Shown here: in pieces, positions 54,017-63,662 of the stretch
Position numbering within the stretch: position 1 is the first letter of the stretch
Layout: every line of letters begins with the position of its first letter
Assembly (NCBI GenBank): GCA_024233435.1
Contig: JACKPQ010000001.1
Coordinates: forward strand, 590,772-654,771
Length of the DNA: 64,000 nucleotides
Direction: 5' to 3'
From: Chlamydiales bacterium
Lineage (GTDB): Bacteria > Chlamydiota > Chlamydiia > Chlamydiales > JACKPQ01
Program-made: the position numbers and the translations under genes
The notes under the pieces: model-generated
Told to the model about the DNA's origin: nothing
Databases searched by the model: none
What the model saw: the letters and a program-made list of their open reading frames with translations, nothing else

Positions 54017-55186
54017 ATGAGTATTTCCGCCCCCATTAATTCAGACGCCCCCATCGCAGTCTCACCTGAGTTAAAACTACAAGCCCAAGATCTAGGCCAA
54101 CTCGAGCATAATGGCAAAACATACAAAGTATCGGTAGTTTACACTGATGGCAGTGGCAAGGTAGTCGCAGGCCCTAAAAACATCGATATCAAGAAGGTTC
54201 ATGAGCTAACAACGGCACTACTTAAAACAATTCCAGAGATCGACACACCAGCTAAAATCATCATTGACCAGGAGTGTGTCAACACTGAAACTCCCCAGAG
54301 AGTGCTTGCCCATAAAGATCAAACGCAAGAGGCCTGGAACAAGCTATATACTGCGCTAATAACACCAAGCGAAAAAGTTCACACATCCCCATCAAACACA
54401 TCAGAGCTTAAAGCAGAAATTATTTTAGAAGCTACTGATAAGCTGACATCTGCACAAAAATTAGAGGCGTTTAAACAGGCTTTTAACGTCCCAGGCAAGG
54501 ATGCAATTACTGAATTGCATCGGTCTTATTTCTCGATGAAGAACGAATGGGTGAATGAGATCATACTAAACATTAACCAAAAGGATATATCCGATAATGT
54601 AATACCTTCATGCCCCCTGAAGCTAAAAAAAGAGCTTCTTGACGAATTATATAAAGATGTCCAAGCATCAAATCTAGATCCCAAATCAAAAGAATTCCGT
54701 GATAAATTTAAGAACGCTCGCAAAGCAATTTTGAAGGGTGAGGGACACTTAAAAGATGAAGATTTACCAATTATTAAAGTGATCTACGACAAGCTTTTTG
54801 ATGCTCCTAACCCAACTGAGACTAAAGCGCAGCAGCATACAGCTGTGGTAGATGAGCTTGCTGCTAAACTTGCTCAGCCAAAGGAGAAAACCCTTGAAGA
54901 GAAGTATCTAGAGTTAAATTCTGACCACACTAAAAAAGTGGAATTTTTAAAAGCCTATCTAAAAGGTGATATAGAAAATACTAATAAGGACAACGAATTA
55001 TTTAAGCTGATGATCAGTAACGCCACAGTCACAGATGAAGTGGACAAGATTTGTTCTCAAGTTAAGCAATACAAAAGCGAGTTAGTGAACCTTAAAGGTA
55101 AGATCAGCAAGCAAAAAATTGACGAAAACGAACTTAACCGTTATCTGGCGATTAATAAGCTTTTAAAAAGAAATAGCTCTCAGTAA
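54017..55186 (+). CDS. Orphan Lys/Glu-rich helical protein (effector-like candidate)
   Basis: The track ORF starts at TTG 53999. I prefer the ATG at 54017 (MSISAPINSD). It has no TM or signal peptide and its composition is prone to coiled coils. I recognise no family. Confidence 0.65.
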   Translation: MSISAPINSDAPIAVSPELKLQAQDLGQLEHNGKTYKVSVVYTDGSGKVVAGPKNIDIKKVHELTTALLKTIPEIDTPAKIIIDQECVNTETPQRVLAHKDQTQEAWNKLYTALITPSEKVHTSPSNTSELKAEIILEATDKLTSAQKLEAFKQAFNVPGKDAITELHRSYFSMKNEWVNEIILNINQKDISDNVIPSCPLKLKKELLDELYKDVQASNLDPKSKEFRDKFKNARKAILKGEGHLKDEDLPIIKVIYDKLFDAPNPTETKAQQHTAVVDELAAKLAQPKEKTLEEKYLELNSDHTKKVEFLKAYLKGDIENTNKDNELFKLMISNATVTDEVDKICSQVKQYKSELVNLKGKISKQKIDENELNRYLAINKLLKRNSSQ

Positions 55187-55731
55187 GCTTGACTGTTACC
55201 GCAGCTGCATGAACTTTTCACGTTAGGATTGCTTACCTTGAAACCACTTCCCATAAGCCCTTCAGCGTAGTCAATCACCGCACCCAATAACCTCGGTAGC
55301 ATTGCTATTTTAACATGGATTTCAATACCTTCAGAGGTGATAACAGTGTCATCATCTGAAGCCTCTTTTGAAAAGTCGAGGACGTACTCAAAACCCCCAC
55401 AACCACCCGGTTTATCGCCAAAACGCAAAGCCCACCCTTCCTTGCCATCTTGTTTGGTGATTTCCTTAAACTTTTCGGCTGCTCGCTTCGTCAGTGTTAT
55501 TGTTGTAGGATCATCTTCTTCTGCTAGAATCGCATTCAGACGCTTAAGCATTTCTTGGATCGCTTGGTCCTCAAAGCCATGAGAGAGCATTCCAGCTTCT
55601 AAAGTCTCCCAGACGGCTGCTCCGCATCCTACACAATGCAGGCCCGCCTGGGTCATTTCATGGGCAAGCCGTTGGCTTTTTGAGGGAAATTTAGTGAAGA
55701 TCTCCTCGATTGTCATCGTCAAGTCGATCAT
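55180..55731 (-). CDS. Fe-S cluster assembly accessory protein: DUF1858-like CxxC domain fused to a HesB/IscA domain
   Basis: 183 aa. The N-terminus is TIEEIFTKFPSKSQRLAHEMTQAGLHCVGCGAAVWETLE. The C-terminus has GGCGGFEY...IDYAEGLMGSGFKVSNPN...SCSCGNS, the IscA/HesB three-Cys signature. Confidence 0.8.
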   Translation of the reverse strand: MIDLTMTIEEIFTKFPSKSQRLAHEMTQAGLHCVGCGAAVWETLEAGMLSHGFEDQAIQEMLKRLNAILAEEDDPTTITLTKRAAEKFKEITKQDGKEGWALRFGDKPGGCGGFEYVLDFSKEASDDDTVITSEGIEIHVKIAMLPRLLGAVIDYAEGLMGSGFKVSNPNVKSSCSCGNSQAY

Positions 55732-55988
55732 CAGTACCTCAGTTTTACTGTGCCATTTTTGATCTTACACTGACAAGCTAGACGCTCACAGTCTTGCTCA
55801 CCTAAGAAATCAACTTCTTCTTCGGTAAAATCGGATAGATTTTCCATACCAGACTCAACTTCTACCACGCAGGTGCCACAAACGCCTTCTTCGCAGGCAA
55901 AAGGGACTCCAGCCTCTTCACAGGCCTCTTTAATAGCAGCTCCGTCATCTAGCTGAATTTCCTCATCATTCAGAACGAGTTTGGCCAT
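55731..55988 (-). CDS. [2Fe-2S] ferredoxin-like protein
   Basis: 85 aa. The Cys pattern is CEEGVCGTC (C-x4-C-x2-C) plus later Cys residues (CERLACQC). Its stop overlaps the start of the IscA-like gene. Confidence 0.75.
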   Translation of the reverse strand: MAKLVLNDEEIQLDDGAAIKEACEEAGVPFACEEGVCGTCVVEVESGMENLSDFTEEEVDFLGEQDCERLACQCKIKNGTVKLRY

Positions 55989-56037
55989 TTTAAGTCACTC
56001 ACATTTAATAATTAACAGTTTGTGACTCTATTTTAAC

Positions 56038-56193
56038 CTAATTCTGTGTTTCTTGTAAAATCTCTTCTGCAGCAGCCTTCAGTGTGGATATGCCCTCATC
56101 AAATCCGAGCCGGATCAATAGCTCATTAAGATAACTAAGTTCTGTCTCTAAATGATCAATTTGGCTTTCTAATTTAGCTAATTGGTTTTTCAT
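56038..56193 (-). CDS. Small coiled-coil protein, function unknown
   Basis: The track ORF is 56038..56229. I prefer the ATG at 56193 (MKNQLAKLESQIDHLETELSYLNELL). It shows a heptad pattern and shares strand with, and lies upstream of, the ferredoxin and IscA genes. Confidence 0.45.
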   Translation of the reverse strand: MKNQLAKLESQIDHLETELSYLNELLIRLGFDEGISTLKAAAEEILQETQN

Positions 56194-56314
56194 TATTTTG
56201 CCTATATTATATATTATTATTACCAACATTCATAATTATAAACATTTTATGCATTATTTAACAAATCTTTAAAATTTATTTTTATAAGTTGTTGGATATT
56301 AGTAATTAATATTG

Positions 56315-56343
56315 TTGCAAAATAATTGATATTATGTTATAAT
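56315..56343 (+). promoter_or_regulatory. Near-consensus promoter (TTGCAA-N17-TATAAT, extended TGT) abutting the start codon
   Basis: TTGCAA lies at 56315-56320 and the 17-nt spacer is AATAATTGATATTATGT. TATAAT lies at 56338-56343. Only 8 nt (TATTATAT) separate it from the ATG at 56352, and there is no SD. Confidence 0.55.
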
Positions 56344-56351
56344 TATTATAT

Positions 56352-58010
56352 ATGAGTACTAATATCACTAAATTATCAGATATCGATACTTTCCAAGGGA
56401 TGAGCTTAGAGCCTATCCAGGCTAGCCGTTTTCAGCGTTTTATAAACGTCCTTTTGACAACCCTTATACCTGAAAAAATTGCCAAGAATCTCTCAAACGC
56501 AAAGCCTCTTAATGATGAAAAGGCTAAAGACTACATCGACCTTATCTGTCGCCAAATCCGCAATACCCATGATTTTTCCCAGGCGTTTGATCTCGCGACG
56601 AAGGCCAAAGGACTCGTTCGAATGATGCCTAACTACCAGACATACTTACATGTTTTAGGCGAAGCTCTCATCGATCAGGTCACTGAGCATCAAGCCAAAC
56701 AGATGGTTTATCAAGAAAATGTATCGAGCAAAAGCCAGACTACCCTCCACAATGCAATTTCTCTAATTGCAGAACTGACTTGCTATGTATCAGGCACCCC
56801 AGAAATTATTCGATCTAAAATTGGGCAACGCCTTGAAAAAACATGGACAGCTAAAAAGCTCATTAAGGATCTTAAACTGGAATGTAAAAAAAAGCTCGAA
56901 GAGCATTTACGAGACCATCCTGAAGAGGCAGAACCCTATCTGCGACTAGCAAAATTAAGTAATTCTAAATTATCTTTTGTGCAGCAAATTCAATTAGACT
57001 TTCAAAAAGGTGAATTGTACAAAGATCGCAACAAGTTATTTGATGACTACAGAGAGCAGCTAGCTGCGCTAGGCTTTCAAAACGTTTATGATGATATTAT
57101 CCCCGATGCTTTTAGAGATCGCATGAAAGAAACACAGGTCAAAGAAGCCCAAAAAGAGCATGACGATTGGGTCAAGCAAAGGGGCTGGTTTTCTAAAATG
57201 CACACATCAATACAAGCACTAGCTGATCTTGGGCAACGCAAAGAACAGACAATGCTTTTTGCTCATAACAACCCAGATTCAATCACTCTTGAAGAGCAAG
57301 ACGAAATTCAATACGAGTCCTTCGAAATTAAAGAGTCCTTTATCGAGCGCATAAAGGCTTTGTTCAGCAGGTCCAATACCGCTCCGACTATTAAAATGGA
57401 AGACCTAACAGTTTCTATTATTGATGCCTCCGAGACCATATCTCTTGAAAAGCTAGAGCAAGGTCCAAACATGCGTTTTAAAACAGAAGTTTTGCCTGAG
57501 CTTGCGCAAGCACTAAATCTGGGAAGTAGTGAGCACGATGGTTTTATAGTGCCAGAAAGCAGTGAAATGGGAGCTCAATTTAATCCAACATTGCTGCAGC
57601 GCATTAGCACCACAATAAAAGAGTTTTTCAGCAGCAAACCAAACTTACCCGTATTCGAGATATCTGACGATAAGAATGACATTGCAACTGCTCCATCTTC
57701 TGACGATGAACAAGGAGCAAGCGATAGCAGCAGGAAACCATCGCAAAAATATACAGAATTCATTAAGAATGCTCAACTTCTTGGGAAAACATCTCCATAT
57801 ACAAATGACCCTGAAGACGTCAGCGACGATGAGCAAGATTCAGTAGATTCAGATGTTAGCCCTCCGACTCAACGAGAAATCGAAGACGCCATGCATTTAA
57901 TAAACAATAGTGAAGCGTTCAAATATAACACCATGCAAGAAACTGTTCAAGCTGTTCGTGATAATAAAGCAAAAGCTCGCTTGCCTGTCACAGCCACTGC
58001 GCAGATTTAA
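56352..58010 (+). CDS. Orphan protein with an acidic Ser/Asp-rich C-terminal region (effector-like candidate)
   Basis: 552-aa ORF with no TM or signal peptide. The N-terminal two-thirds look helical. The C-terminal region contains SSDDEQGASDSS and DVSDDEQDSVDSD. I recognise no family. Confidence 0.7.
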   Translation: MSTNITKLSDIDTFQGMSLEPIQASRFQRFINVLLTTLIPEKIAKNLSNAKPLNDEKAKDYIDLICRQIRNTHDFSQAFDLATKAKGLVRMMPNYQTYLHVLGEALIDQVTEHQAKQMVYQENVSSKSQTTLHNAISLIAELTCYVSGTPEIIRSKIGQRLEKTWTAKKLIKDLKLECKKKLEEHLRDHPEEAEPYLRLAKLSNSKLSFVQQIQLDFQKGELYKDRNKLFDDYREQLAALGFQNVYDDIIPDAFRDRMKETQVKEAQKEHDDWVKQRGWFSKMHTSIQALADLGQRKEQTMLFAHNNPDSITLEEQDEIQYESFEIKESFIERIKALFSRSNTAPTIKMEDLTVSIIDASETISLEKLEQGPNMRFKTEVLPELAQALNLGSSEHDGFIVPESSEMGAQFNPTLLQRISTTIKEFFSSKPNLPVFEISDDKNDIATAPSSDDEQGASDSSRKPSQKYTEFIKNAQLLGKTSPYTNDPEDVSDDEQDSVDSDVSPPTQREIEDAMHLINNSEAFKYNTMQETVQAVRDNKAKARLPVTATAQI

Positions 58011-59390
58011 TCACATGTGAATGGGGCTTTGAGCAATCGCCATTGCAGCCTCTTTGAGGGCTTCCGACAGGGTGGGATGAGCGTGTGGTGTAGCGGCAAG
58101 ATCTGATGCCGTGGCATGCTTTTCAAGCGCTAGAGCTCCCTCTTGAATCAACTCCCCTGCATGCGCTCCAAGAATGTGAATTCCAATGAGCCGTCCTGTG
58201 GTGGCTTCAGAAATGATTTTTACCATTCCTTCTGTATCATCAGAGCAGCGAGCCCTCGAGTTTGCCTTGAGCGGAAAGCTGCCCGTTTTGACTTGCAGCC
58301 CCATTTTTTTGGCTTCTTCTTCTGATAAACCAACAGATGCAACTTCTGGATAGGTATAGATCACGTTTGGAATGGCGATGTAATTGAGATGGCTTTTTTT
58401 GCCACAGATGAGATCTGCAACGGCAACCCCTTCTTCTGAGGCTTTGTGAGCGAGCATGGGCCCATCGATAACATCACCAATGGCATAGATGTGGGATTGT
58501 GATGTGCGAAAGCTTCCGTCAATGGCAATGCGCCCTTTATCATCAAGAGAAATACCCACTTTATCAAGATTTAGATCGCGCGTGTAAGGGCGACGGCCAA
58601 CGCAGATGAGGGCAGCATCGCAGGTTTCGTTTTGCACGCCTTCCTTTGTCTCATAGGTCAAGTGCACTTGCTCGCCTTCAATTTTGGCGGCAGTTAGCTT
58701 TGCAGACAGGGTGAAAGACAGGTTTTGCTGCTCGAGTATTTTTTGAAAGGCTTTGCCGATGGTTAAGTCAAGGGCGGGGCAAATACGGTCTAAAAATTCG
58801 ATGAAATGCACCTCTGAGCCTAGGCGAGCATAGACTGAGCCAAGCTCAACTCCAATCACCCCTGCGCCCACAACAATGAGTTTTTTGGGCACGCTCTTTA
58901 AGGCTAGCGCCCCTGTAGAGGAAATGATTTTAGTTTCATCAAAGGGGGCAAAGGGCAATTCTGTGGGCTCAGAACCTGTGGCAATAATGATGTGCTTAGC
59001 GCTGATTTCTTTGCCATCAACACTCACTGAATTAGGACCTGAAAAAGCAGCGGTGCCCGTTATGAATGTGATTTTGTTTTTCTTAAAGAGCCCGGCAATG
59101 CCTTGATTAAAGCCTGATACAATTTCATTTTTGCGCTGCATCATTTTGTCAAAGTCATAGGTGACACCTTGAGCGTTGATTCCAAGCTTTGCTGCATCGC
59201 TAGCCATTTTATGGTAAAATTCAGAGGCGTGCAGAAGAGCTTTTGATGGAATGCATCCAACATTTAGGCAGGTGCCGCCTAGCTCAGCGCGCTTATCAAT
59301 ACAGGCAGTTTTTAGCCCATTTTGTGCGCATCGAATAGCAGCGACATACCCTCCAGGGCCGGCGCCAATCACTAAAACATCATAATCCAA
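58011..59390 (-). CDS. lpdA: Dihydrolipoyl dehydrogenase (E3)
   Basis: 459 aa. Motifs are the FAD-binding GAGPGGYVAA, the redox-active GGTCLNVGCIPSK, the NAD-binding VVGAGVIGVE and the C-terminal HAHPTLSE. Confidence 0.95.
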   Translation of the reverse strand: MDYDVLVIGAGPGGYVAAIRCAQNGLKTACIDKRAELGGTCLNVGCIPSKALLHASEFYHKMASDAAKLGINAQGVTYDFDKMMQRKNEIVSGFNQGIAGLFKKNKITFITGTAAFSGPNSVSVDGKEISAKHIIIATGSEPTELPFAPFDETKIISSTGALALKSVPKKLIVVGAGVIGVELGSVYARLGSEVHFIEFLDRICPALDLTIGKAFQKILEQQNLSFTLSAKLTAAKIEGEQVHLTYETKEGVQNETCDAALICVGRRPYTRDLNLDKVGISLDDKGRIAIDGSFRTSQSHIYAIGDVIDGPMLAHKASEEGVAVADLICGKKSHLNYIAIPNVIYTYPEVASVGLSEEEAKKMGLQVKTGSFPLKANSRARCSDDTEGMVKIISEATTGRLIGIHILGAHAGELIQEGALALEKHATASDLAATPHAHPTLSEALKEAAMAIAQSPIHM

Positions 59391-59392
59391 AT

Positions 59393-60508
59393 CTAAAAAT
59401 CCAACATTAAGCGTTCTGGGTCTTCAAGATTCTCTTTCATGTGCACCAAAAATGTCACAGCTTCCTTTCCATCGACGATGCGGTGATCGTAGCTAAGCGC
59501 TAAATACATAATGGGACGAATCTCGACTTTATCGTTGACGACAACGGCACGCTTTACAATGTTGTGCATGCCTAAAATGGCGCTTTGTGGCGGATTGAGA
59601 ATAGGTGTTGATAGCATTGATCCAAAAACACCGCCGTTGGTGATTGTAAATGTTCCGCCTTTAAGGTCATCCAAAGAGATGGTGCCTTCTCGCGCTTTTT
59701 TGGCATAGTCTGCAAGCTTGCCTTCAACGTCAGCAAAGGAAAGCTCTTCGCAGTTACGCAAGACCGGAACCATGAGCCCTTTATCCGTGGATACAGCAAC
59801 CCCAATATCAAACCGCTCATTGTACACAATTTCATCGCCATCGATAAAGGCGTTTACATCCGGGAGGGCTTTTAATGCTTGGGTTGCTGCTTTGACAAAA
59901 AATGACATAAAGCCAAGCTTGACGCCGTGTTTTTTCGCAAAGGCATCTTTTTCCCTTGAGCGAATTTCCATGATCTTACTCATATCCACTTCGTTAAAGG
60001 TTGTAAGCATCGCCGTTGTGGTCTTGACTTCAACAAGGCGCTTGGCAATGGTTCGGCGCAAGCCGCTCATGCGTTTGCGCGTTTGGCCAGGCTGGGGAGC
60101 AGTTGAAGCTGGCTCTGGGGCTTTTACCGTTGGCGGCGACTGAGGGGCCTGGGCTGGTTTTTGCAAATCTGCGACATAACTCTCTGCTGAAACGCGCACA
60201 TCTCCCTCTGCGGGAGGGGAAGCTGCAGGCTTTGGAGCTTCTGCAGAGGCTGGAGCTGGTGATCCTGATTTAGCTGAGTCAACCTTCCCAACAACTTGCC
60301 CAACTTTAACAACGTCGTTGACGTTAACAGTGATTTGCAGCTGCCCAGATGCAGGAGCATATAAAACTTGATTGACCTTATCGGTTTCAAGCTCTAAAAC
60401 CTCATCGCCCTCGTTCACTGCTGAGCCATTCGGCTTTAAGATAGCAGCTACAGTTGCCTCAGTCACAGACTCACCTGCTGGCGGCACTTTAATTTCTACT
60501 TGTGTCAT
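59393..60508 (-). CDS. sucB: Dihydrolipoyllysine-residue succinyltransferase (E2 of 2-oxoglutarate dehydrogenase)
   Basis: 371 aa. It has the lipoyl domain ELETDKV, an Ala/Pro-rich linker, a subunit-binding region, and a catalytic domain with [10 protein letters not shown]. Confidence 0.92.
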   Translation of the reverse strand: MTQVEIKVPPAGESVTEATVAAILKPNGSAVNEGDEVLELETDKVNQVLYAPASGQLQITVNVNDVVKVGQVVGKVDSAKSGSPAPASAEAPKPAASPPAEGDVRVSAESYVADLQKPAQAPQSPPTVKAPEPASTAPQPGQTRKRMSGLRRTIAKRLVEVKTTTAMLTTFNEVDMSKIMEIRSREKDAFAKKHGVKLGFMSFFVKAATQALKALPDVNAFIDGDEIVYNERFDIGVAVSTDKGLMVPVLRNCEELSFADVEGKLADYAKKAREGTISLDDLKGGTFTITNGGVFGSMLSTPILNPPQSAILGMHNIVKRAVVVNDKVEIRPIMYLALSYDHRIVDGKEAVTFLVHMKENLEDPERLMLDF

Positions 60509-63099
60509 GACAACGCCTCTTTTAAAAAGGTCTTTAATTCACGCTGATGCAGTGTCGGGAAACCCGCTGCTGGCGATGCCGATTTTGGCCTGCCAAAGTA
60601 GCGGATGTCGCATAGCCCACTCAATGAAAAATGAACATGTGCCCACGCACCCATATTTTGATGTTCTTCTTGCACCCAATACACCTGTTTAACGCCTTTG
60701 TATTTTGCAAGCAACGCTTTTATGTCAGCATAGGGAAATGGATAGAGCTGCTCAATGCGAACTAAAGCGATGTCGGCCCCCTCTCTTGCTTCCAACAAAT
60801 CGTAATAGACCTTTCCAGAGCAAAAAATTAGGCGCTTAGGGTTTTGAGCAGAGCTATCATCGATAACTTTCTGATAACTGCCAGAGCAAAACGCCTCTAG
60901 ATTGGATAGGGACGGGCCATAGCGCAAAAGCGCTTTGGGCGTAAAAATAATCAAGGGTCGGCGCTCGGCTGAATGGATGTGAGAGCGCAGCAAATGAAAC
61001 ACTTGGGCTGTGTTTGAATTATTGCAAATGATCATGCTGTGATTTGAGGCAAGCTGTAAAAACCGCTCAATGCGCGCAGATGAATGCTCGGGCCCCTGCC
61101 CTTCGTAGCCATGTGGCAGCAAGAGCGTTAGTGGTGCGATCTCCCGCCATTTTTGCTCAGAGGTTGCAATAAACTGATCGATTGCAATTTGAGCGCCGTT
61201 TGCAAAATCACCAAACTGCGCCTCCCAAATATTTAAGCCGTTAGGTTGCGTCAGCGAATAGCCATATTCAAAAAGGAGCACAGCATATTCAGACAGTGGC
61301 GAGTTATAAATTTGAAAGCGAGCATCGCTAATGTGCTGCAGTGGAATGTAGCGCTCTTGAGTCTTGCTATCAGTGATTCCAGCATGGCGATGAGAAAAGG
61401 TTCCCCGAATGCTGTCTTGGCCCGAGATGCGGATGGGATGCCCCTCATTTAAAATGCTTGCATATGCTAAAATCTCTGCCATCCCCCAGTCTACAGGTGC
61501 ATCAACTAGCATTTTTGCCCGCTCATCCAAAATCCGTTTTACTTTGGGCTGAATATGCACAGAATCTGGATAGCTCAACGCCTTTTTCCCCAGATCGATC
61601 AATAAGCTTTTCTCAACACCTGTATCTGGATATGGCTTATCCTCGGGAACAGGACATTGATACTCTCGGCCAACTTTAAGTTTTTCAACCTCGTGCAAAG
61701 CAGCTTCCAGCTCGCTTTTAAAGCTCTCTTCCATCCCTTGGGCCTCTGCTTCACTGAGCACTCCCTTAGAAATCAGAGCATTGCGATAACTGATGCGCAA
61801 CTTCTCCTGCGCTTTAATCTTTTCGTACATAACAGGCTGCGTAAAAGCAGGCTCATCGCCCTCGTTATGTCCATATTTGCGATAGCAGTTCAGATCAATG
61901 AAAACATCACATCCAAACGTTTGTCTAAAAGCCATCGCCAAACGCACTGCTTGCACGCAGCTATCTGGGTCTTCACCATTCACATGAATAACAGGAGAAT
62001 CAAAAGCTTTTGCAATGTCTGTGCAATAGCGCGTGGAGCGCGACTCTTTAGGCAGGGCCGTAAATCCAATTTGATTGTTGATCACAATGTGGATAGAGCC
62101 ACCCGTTGCGTATCCTTCAATATTTGACAGTTGCATTGTTTCATAAACAATACCCTGACCAGCTACTGCTGCATCTCCATGGATTAATATTGGCAGCACA
62201 GACTTATGATCACTTGCTTGCTGCAGCCCATAAGCAAAGCCTTCTACAACTGGATTGACAGCTTCTAAATGACTTGGATTAGCAGCCAGGCGCAAAGCAA
62301 TTTCTTTGCCACTTGGAGCTTTTATGCTAGCATCATATCCCTTATGATATTTTACATCGCCGCTGCCATCGCCCTCTTGTGGAACGTATTCTGGATCAAA
62401 CTCAGCATAGATTGAGGCATAAGGCTTGCCAAGAACATTAGCCAGCACATTCAGCCGGCCGCGGTGCGCCATGCCAATTACTGCTGCAGACACTCCTTGA
62501 TCGCTCCCAGAAAAAAGCAACTCAAGCATCATGGGGATTAATGCCTCTCCCCCTTCAAGAGAAAACCGCTTCTGCCCCGTGTATTTCATATGCAAAAAAT
62601 TCTCAAACATCTCAGCGCGGTTTAGCTCATGTAAAATGCGCTTTTGTTCATCGACTTGTAAAAACGGCATTGTTTTGATCATCTGAGCCATCTCTTCAGC
62701 ATGCTCACCGAAAAGCTCATAGCCAACGCTTTGGCAATACCGCGTTTCAAGCGCCGACAATATCTCTTTTAGAGAAGCTGTTTCCTGATCGAGCACTCCA
62801 GATGTAGCAAACGTCTTACTTAAGTCAGACGCGCTTAGTCCATAGTTTTCAAGCTTTAATTGCTCAATCTCTTGAGGCTCTTCAAAGAGATTAATGCGCG
62901 CCTTTAGATGACCAAATAACTGGTATGCTCTAATTAACAGCTCAATACTACTTGTGCTATCCGACTTAAAATCAGCACCTAACTCCATTCCATGAAAAAA
63001 AGAGCGCCAAGTGGGATCAACGCTGTCTGGATTATCACAAAAAGAGCGGTAAAGCTTTTCAATGTACACTAAGTTTGGCAGCATAATAATTTTATACAT
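60505..63099 (-). CDS. sucA: 2-oxoglutarate dehydrogenase E1 component
   Basis: 864 aa. Motifs are [62 protein letters not shown] and [15 protein letters not shown]. It overlaps sucB by 4 nt. Confidence 0.95.
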   Translation of the reverse strand: MYKIIMLPNLVYIEKLYRSFCDNPDSVDPTWRSFFHGMELGADFKSDSTSSIELLIRAYQLFGHLKARINLFEEPQEIEQLKLENYGLSASDLSKTFATSGVLDQETASLKEILSALETRYCQSVGYELFGEHAEEMAQMIKTMPFLQVDEQKRILHELNRAEMFENFLHMKYTGQKRFSLEGGEALIPMMLELLFSGSDQGVSAAVIGMAHRGRLNVLANVLGKPYASIYAEFDPEYVPQEGDGSGDVKYHKGYDASIKAPSGKEIALRLAANPSHLEAVNPVVEGFAYGLQQASDHKSVLPILIHGDAAVAGQGIVYETMQLSNIEGYATGGSIHIVINNQIGFTALPKESRSTRYCTDIAKAFDSPVIHVNGEDPDSCVQAVRLAMAFRQTFGCDVFIDLNCYRKYGHNEGDEPAFTQPVMYEKIKAQEKLRISYRNALISKGVLSEAEAQGMEESFKSELEAALHEVEKLKVGREYQCPVPEDKPYPDTGVEKSLLIDLGKKALSYPDSVHIQPKVKRILDERAKMLVDAPVDWGMAEILAYASILNEGHPIRISGQDSIRGTFSHRHAGITDSKTQERYIPLQHISDARFQIYNSPLSEYAVLLFEYGYSLTQPNGLNIWEAQFGDFANGAQIAIDQFIATSEQKWREIAPLTLLLPHGYEGQGPEHSSARIERFLQLASNHSMIICNNSNTAQVFHLLRSHIHSAERRPLIIFTPKALLRYGPSLSNLEAFCSGSYQKVIDDSSAQNPKRLIFCSGKVYYDLLEAREGADIALVRIEQLYPFPYADIKALLAKYKGVKQVYWVQEEHQNMGAWAHVHFSLSGLCDIRYFGRPKSASPAAGFPTLHQRELKTFLKEALS

Positions 63100-63206
63100 A
63101 ACAAAAAATTTACTGTATTAAAAGAAGAAAAATGCGTATTTACAAAAAAAGAGAGAAGCCTGTAGAATACAGCACAAAAACCCTTAACCTATAATTTTTG
63201 AAGAAC

Positions 63207-63662
63207 ATGGCGAAAACAAAAAGCGAAAAAGTCAAAAAACTAGAAGCAGAGCTTGCTGATTTAGAGCATTGGCTCAATTTAGGGCTCGTTCCTAAAAAAG
63301 ACATGGAAAAGCATAAAGTGGAAATTGCCTCCCTCAAGCATAAGATTGAGGAAGAGAAGGGCAAGCTCACTGAAACTAAAGAAGGTGCTGAGCCAGAGGA
63401 ATATATCGCTCCAAAGCGCAACGTTCAAGCCAAGCCCTTTTCTGATGGAGCCTCTATTGCTGACGTCGATGTTGAAGAAGACGCTTCAGCTGATGAGGAA
63501 GAAGAAATTGGCACAGATGATAACTATATCTCAGACGATGACGACGATGATGACGATACCGATGAGCTAGCGGATACCGAAGAAGACGAAGATGACCCAT
63601 TTAGCGATCGCAACCGTTGGCGTCGCGGCGTGCTTGAAGACCCTGATTCTGATAATTGGTAA
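63207..63662 (+). CDS. Small coiled-coil protein with a highly acidic poly-Asp tail
   Basis: The track ORF starts at TTG 63198. I prefer the ATG at 63207 (MAKTKSEKVKKLEAELADLEHW). The C-terminal half reads EEDASADEEEEIGTDDNYISDDDDDDDDTDELADTEEDEDDP. Confidence 0.65.
   Translation: MAKTKSEKVKKLEAELADLEHWLNLGLVPKKDMEKHKVEIASLKHKIEEEKGKLTETKEGAEPEEYIAPKRNVQAKPFSDGASIADVDVEEDASADEEEEIGTDDNYISDDDDDDDDTDELADTEEDEDDPFSDRNRWRRGVLEDPDSDNW

Noticed and set aside
59511-62127. Antisense or off-frame ORFs inside sucB and sucA (59718..60143, 60124..60390, 60372..60692, 61657..62127).
   Set aside because: They are embedded in strongly supported E2 and E1 coding frames. They look like translations of the Ala/Pro-rich linker or of antisense strands, with no independent signals.
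63190-63195. A TATAAT hexamer 12 nt upstream of the ATG at 63207 as another leaderless-type promoter.
   Set aside because: The sequence 17 nt upstream (ATACAG) bears no resemblance to a -35 element and there is no TG extension. The evidence is too weak to report as a feature.
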